From the NCBI GenBank assembly GCA_965112155.1, contig OZ218107.1: DNA of 64,000 nucleotides. One strand, 5' to 3'. The stretch comes from Podarcis liolepis. Taxonomy: Eukaryota. The translations under genes and the position numbers were made by a program. The notes under the pieces are model-generated. The model ran no database searches. It saw nothing but the letters and a program-made list of their open reading frames with translations, and was not told where the DNA came from. Shown here piece by piece: positions 61,001 to 64,000 of this stretch. Positions within the stretch are counted from its first letter, which is position 1. Each line of letters starts with the position of its first letter.

Positions 61001-63537
61001 AACCACGAACACCATCCTCTTTGACAGTAACTGAAAAGCCGTTGAAGATGCTCTTATATTTTTGTGGATCCACCTAAACAAGTTTTGAGAAGTCAGCAGT
61101 TAATAATTTTTTTTAACCTTTCTCACATTCACAGCAACAACCAATATACTCCAAACATATAGACATCGTACTTAATGATTGTTTTAAAGAGTTTAGGATT
61201 TTTACCAAGTGAAGAAGAATGCAGTGAAGAGAAAGATTAAAAATGACAAGTCAACTGACAGTGGCAAGATGATTGCAGAATTTCATGAAAGGTTTTGTGG
61301 AAGTAATTTTTGAAAGGGGAAAAAATTCTGTGACAAGTAGTAAGATAAAGAACAAATATAGGCTGCAAGTATAAGATTCCTGGGTTTTGACACAACTTAA
61401 ATATATATGCATATATAAGATATACGCAACTGGCCAAACCAGCTCTACTCATCAATTTGGAAATTTAATCAAAGAAACATCCAGTTCTAACAGTGTATCA
61501 TTCTACAAGGTACACTGGAAGCTGTGATGCACCATATAACTAAGTTAATTCTACAACCGAAGAATTGTAATCATCCAATATTGAAATGTTCAATTAAGCA
61601 ACGTATTATGAATGTGCTTCAGTTGGGAGGAAGATTTTGAAGGATTAAGGCAGTAGCAAATACGACTTGCATTAATCAAGATAAAAAATTCCTTCCAGTA
61701 GCACCTTAAAGACCAACTAAGTTAGTTCTTGGTATGAGCTTTCGTGTGCATGCACACTTCTTCAGATACCACGAAATATGCACAGACTATGGCAGACCAA
61801 CACGGCTACCTATCTGTGACTTGCATTAAGTGAAAGAAGACGGGATTTGGGTTGAACTGCAAGAATATGTGAAAGCAAAAAGGGACAGTATCAGTATGCA
61901 GATATTCAAACTTTAATATCACAAAAACTAACAGCGCATTGGGGTGGGGTGAACTGTTACTCTTCATGGTAAGAACACCAGTACTGTCTCAACTGAATAA
62001 ATGGGTAATTAACAAGTGTCCACTTATTAGGGTTTTTGTATTGTTTTAAATGTATTAGCTTTTGTGTTCAAGTGTTTCATTATCTTATGTGTAAATGCAT
62101 CTGAAACGATGGCTTAGAAAGCAATTAATAAATCAATTGTAAAAAGAAGTACTCAGAAAAGTTCTGCATAAATGTTCTGAAAAAGGCTGCAATTTGTTAC
62201 AGTTATTTAAGGTTTGCCTAGATATGTGCAATCTCAGTAAAAACTGTTCAATATAACAAAAATATTTTATGCAGAAATTGGCAATATGCTATTTTGTTTA
62301 AAAAAATTGACTTTATAAGATGTTAATACTCTCTGGTCCTACCTTCCTACCTCATGTCGCCCTCTACTGACTTGTTCCATTTCACCTTTCATCTTACTTC
62401 CTGGCCTCTGACTTCTGCATGAACAGGATTACATTTTCTGTATTTGGATCATACACAGCTCAAGCATATTTCCTCAATACTTTTAGCTGCTTTAGAGGAA
62501 TATAATATTTGAATCAACTTTGTGAAATAAATATCTAAAATATCTAAAATAAAAGCACTCTTTTTAATATATTACAAATATAAGCAAAGGGTTAACTTCA
62601 GATTCTTCATTCCACCTAACCAACTTCCTTCTGCCATAAAGCTAGAGGTTGGTTCATTATATGGCTAAAATCCTATGTACACTTCCTTGGGAGTGATTCC
62701 CACTGAACTGAGTGCAACTTCTAAGCTAATTTGCAAAGGATCATACTGTTTCTCATTGACTACATCCTCACATATTCAAGCTTCCATTGTCGAAGTTTCC
62801 ATTGTCAAATGCATGGATCATTGTTATCTTTTCTTCAAATTATAACTCCACAACAAAGAAATGAGACATGCATGAAGTCATTCAGCCTTTATGCTACATG
62901 CATTATAAAGATTCTGAATGTTTAGTATTCAAATATATTAGGCTCAAATATTTTAGATGTATTTGTGCTCATTAACTCATGAAGCTTTCAAACACAAATA
63001 TCTGCCATTACTGCTTATTTGTCAAATGCCAGTTACATAGTTCCTAACTAAATCTGGCTCAATTTAAAATTTGTCCAATTATTTCATCCCAAATGATGGG
63101 GGGGGGAATCCATATTTGGCAGCATACAAACCTGGATGCGACACTTCACTAAATCCAAAGGTACCACTGCTGTATGTGTCAGACCACAACTTAGGACCCC
63201 ACCAAAGCCACAGAGAGCGTAAAACTTGAGAGAGCCATATTCACAACTGTGTTCTTCTGCAGCAAAGAAAAGACACACCATGCTGTTAAATAAACTACAT
63301 GCAACGATATAAAAAACTTTATTTGGGTGAAATCCAAGCCTTGTTTCCTTTTGATTAGTAAGATTTCACACTGTTATCATGCTATGATAACCAACTTGAC
63401 ATGCAATCAAACCTGAATTCGGCATTTAACGAGATCTAAAGGAACCAATGCTGTGTGCGTGGTACCACAGCTAATAATCCCACCAAAGCCACAAAGGATG
63501 AAGAATCTGCCAGACCCATATGCACAGCTATAGTCGT
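57866..63537 (-). CDS. SLC25A3: Mitochondrial phosphate carrier SLC25A3 (PiC), partial: exons 3A/3B-8, 5' exons outside the window
   Basis: Exons: 3A 63413-63537, 3B 63132-63256, 4 60894-61073, 5 60613-60794, 6 59132-59304, 7 58103-58213, 8 57866-58026. Carrier signature motifs PLDLVK, PMEAAK and PADSVV. C-terminus [28 protein letters not shown] at 57752-57757 and 57797-57802. Confidence 0.97.
58103..58213 (-). CDS. SLC25A3: SLC25A3 exon 7
   Basis: [36 protein letters not shown]; 111 nt; AG/GTGAG boundaries. Confidence 0.96.
58578..58925 (-). mobile_element. Sauria SINE
   Basis: 14-bp TSD TAAAGCTGGAGTTT at 58564-58577 and 58926-58939. Confidence 0.9.
59132..59304 (-). CDS. SLC25A3: SLC25A3 exon 6
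   Basis: [31 protein letters not shown]...AGYI; 173 nt. Confidence 0.96.
59570..60019. mobile_element. hAT-type non-autonomous DNA transposon
   Basis: Imperfect TIR CATGGGTCGGCAAAC / GTTTGCTGACCCCCG; 8-bp TSD ATTTATGC at 59562-59569 and 60020-60027. Confidence 0.85.
60219..60465 (-). ncRNA. SNORA53: H/ACA box snoRNA SNORA53 (ACA53)
   Basis: Lies in SLC25A3 intron 5, the known host gene. Starts AACATGCTCCCTTAGATCCATCTTTG and contains GTCAAAGATGCTTGAGTCATTGGCATG, matching recalled human SNORA53. H box AGAATA at 60318-60323; ACA 3 nt from the 3' end at 60222-60224. Confidence 0.9.
60613..60794 (-). CDS. SLC25A3: SLC25A3 exon 5
   Basis: [46 protein letters not shown]...EEGVW; 182 nt. Confidence 0.96.
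60894..61073 (-). CDS. SLC25A3: SLC25A3 exon 4
   Basis: [33 protein letters not shown]...MLGE; 180 nt. Confidence 0.96.
61676..61817. mobile_element. Penelope-like element terminal (pLTR) fragment
   Basis: CCTTCCAGTAGCACCTTAAAGACCAAC...GCTTTCGTGTGCATGCACACTTCTTCAG resembles reptile Penelope pLTRs, followed by an inverted piece (GACTATGGCAGACCAACACGGCTACC). Flanked by 12-bp direct repeats GACTTGCATTAA at 61664-61675 and 61818-61829. Confidence 0.75.
61730..61771 (-). ncRNA. Minimal type I hammerhead ribozyme motif
   Basis: Minus strand reads UGGUAU-CUGAAGA-A-GUGUGCAUGCACAC-GAAA-GC-UC^AUACCA: intact CUGANGA/GAAA/UH core, 6-bp stem I, hairpin stem II, and palindromic AGCU in place of stem III. 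Confidence 0.8.
63132..63256 (-). CDS. SLC25A3: SLC25A3 exon 3B (ubiquitous isoform)
   Basis: [42 protein letters not shown]; NAGNAG acceptor, so the start is 63256 or 63253. Confidence 0.95.
63413..63537 (-). CDS. SLC25A3: SLC25A3 exon 3A (muscle/heart-type isoform), mutually exclusive with 3B
   Basis: [42 protein letters not shown] matches recalled mammalian exon 3A ([31 protein letters not shown]); 125 nt; not in the ORF track. Confidence 0.93.
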
Positions 63538-64000
63538 CTGCTTAAAAAGAGATAAGTACAAGTTGACAAACTACAGAATATGGCATTTGAAGTTAGCATT
63601 AACTTATGTAAGCTCAATCAAGAAATTTCACTTTTCTCCTAAAACAAGTTTGTCTTCCAAAATTTATGAAGTGGTAGTATGTCAACTAAAAGCATTTATT
63701 GTTTTTACCAAGACTGCCTGAAAACATTCTCAAAGTAATTAAAATGGATCTTAATTTACTTTCAAATAACCATGTTCAAGGACCAGTATCAATATCAACA
63801 CATAGGTTGGTATGCTACTTGACAAAGATGTCTATGCTAACAATGAATGGGATTCAAAATAATATAGTTACTGCACGTGTCATAGGAATGACCAAAATAT
63901 AGGTATTTACAAGGTGCATTCTGCTTAAGGCAACACTTTCTTCCAAGAGATGTGCTGTGCAGCTATTAAAAGCCACATAAATATTAGATAAGGGTAAATC

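Noticed and set aside
1-64000. CRISPR array, operon or prokaryotic defence system
   Set aside because: The window is intron-exon vertebrate DNA. Recurrent motifs such as GCAAGACGAA are MITE subterminal repeats, not regularly spaced repeat-spacer units.

Overview
This is vertebrate genomic DNA. Sauria SINEs and a tRNA-Lys/CR1-tailed SINE point to a squamate, most likely a lacertid lizard. The window holds the conserved syntenic block ANKS1B - APAF1 - IKBIP - SLC25A3/SNORA53. (1) ANKS1B: last coding exon and 3' UTR (+, 1719 to about 3620). (2) APAF1: complete gene (-), 26 coding exons at 10682-47201, 1251 aa, all GT-AG introns, with a CpG island at about 48650-49420 shared head-to-head with IKBIP. 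(3) IKBIP (+): two alternative coiled-coil terminal exons. (4) SLC25A3 (-): exons 3A/3B to 8, with the 5' end outside the window, hosting the H/ACA snoRNA SNORA53. Introns carry many young TEs (Sauria SINEs, Tc1/mariner-type and hAT MITEs with target-site duplications, L2/CR1 fragments). The most unusual element is a TSD-flanked Penelope-like insertion carrying an intact minimal hammerhead ribozyme core on the sense strand of SLC25A3 intron 3. Other candidates are an RBFOX motif cluster between SLC25A3 exons 3A/3B, an overlapping uORF at the APAF1 start, a near-perfect 105-nt hairpin in APAF1 intron 2, and inverted SINEs around APAF1 exons 14-18. There are no prokaryotic features or CRISPR arrays. 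Gene identities rest on recalled human protein sequences, not database searches.
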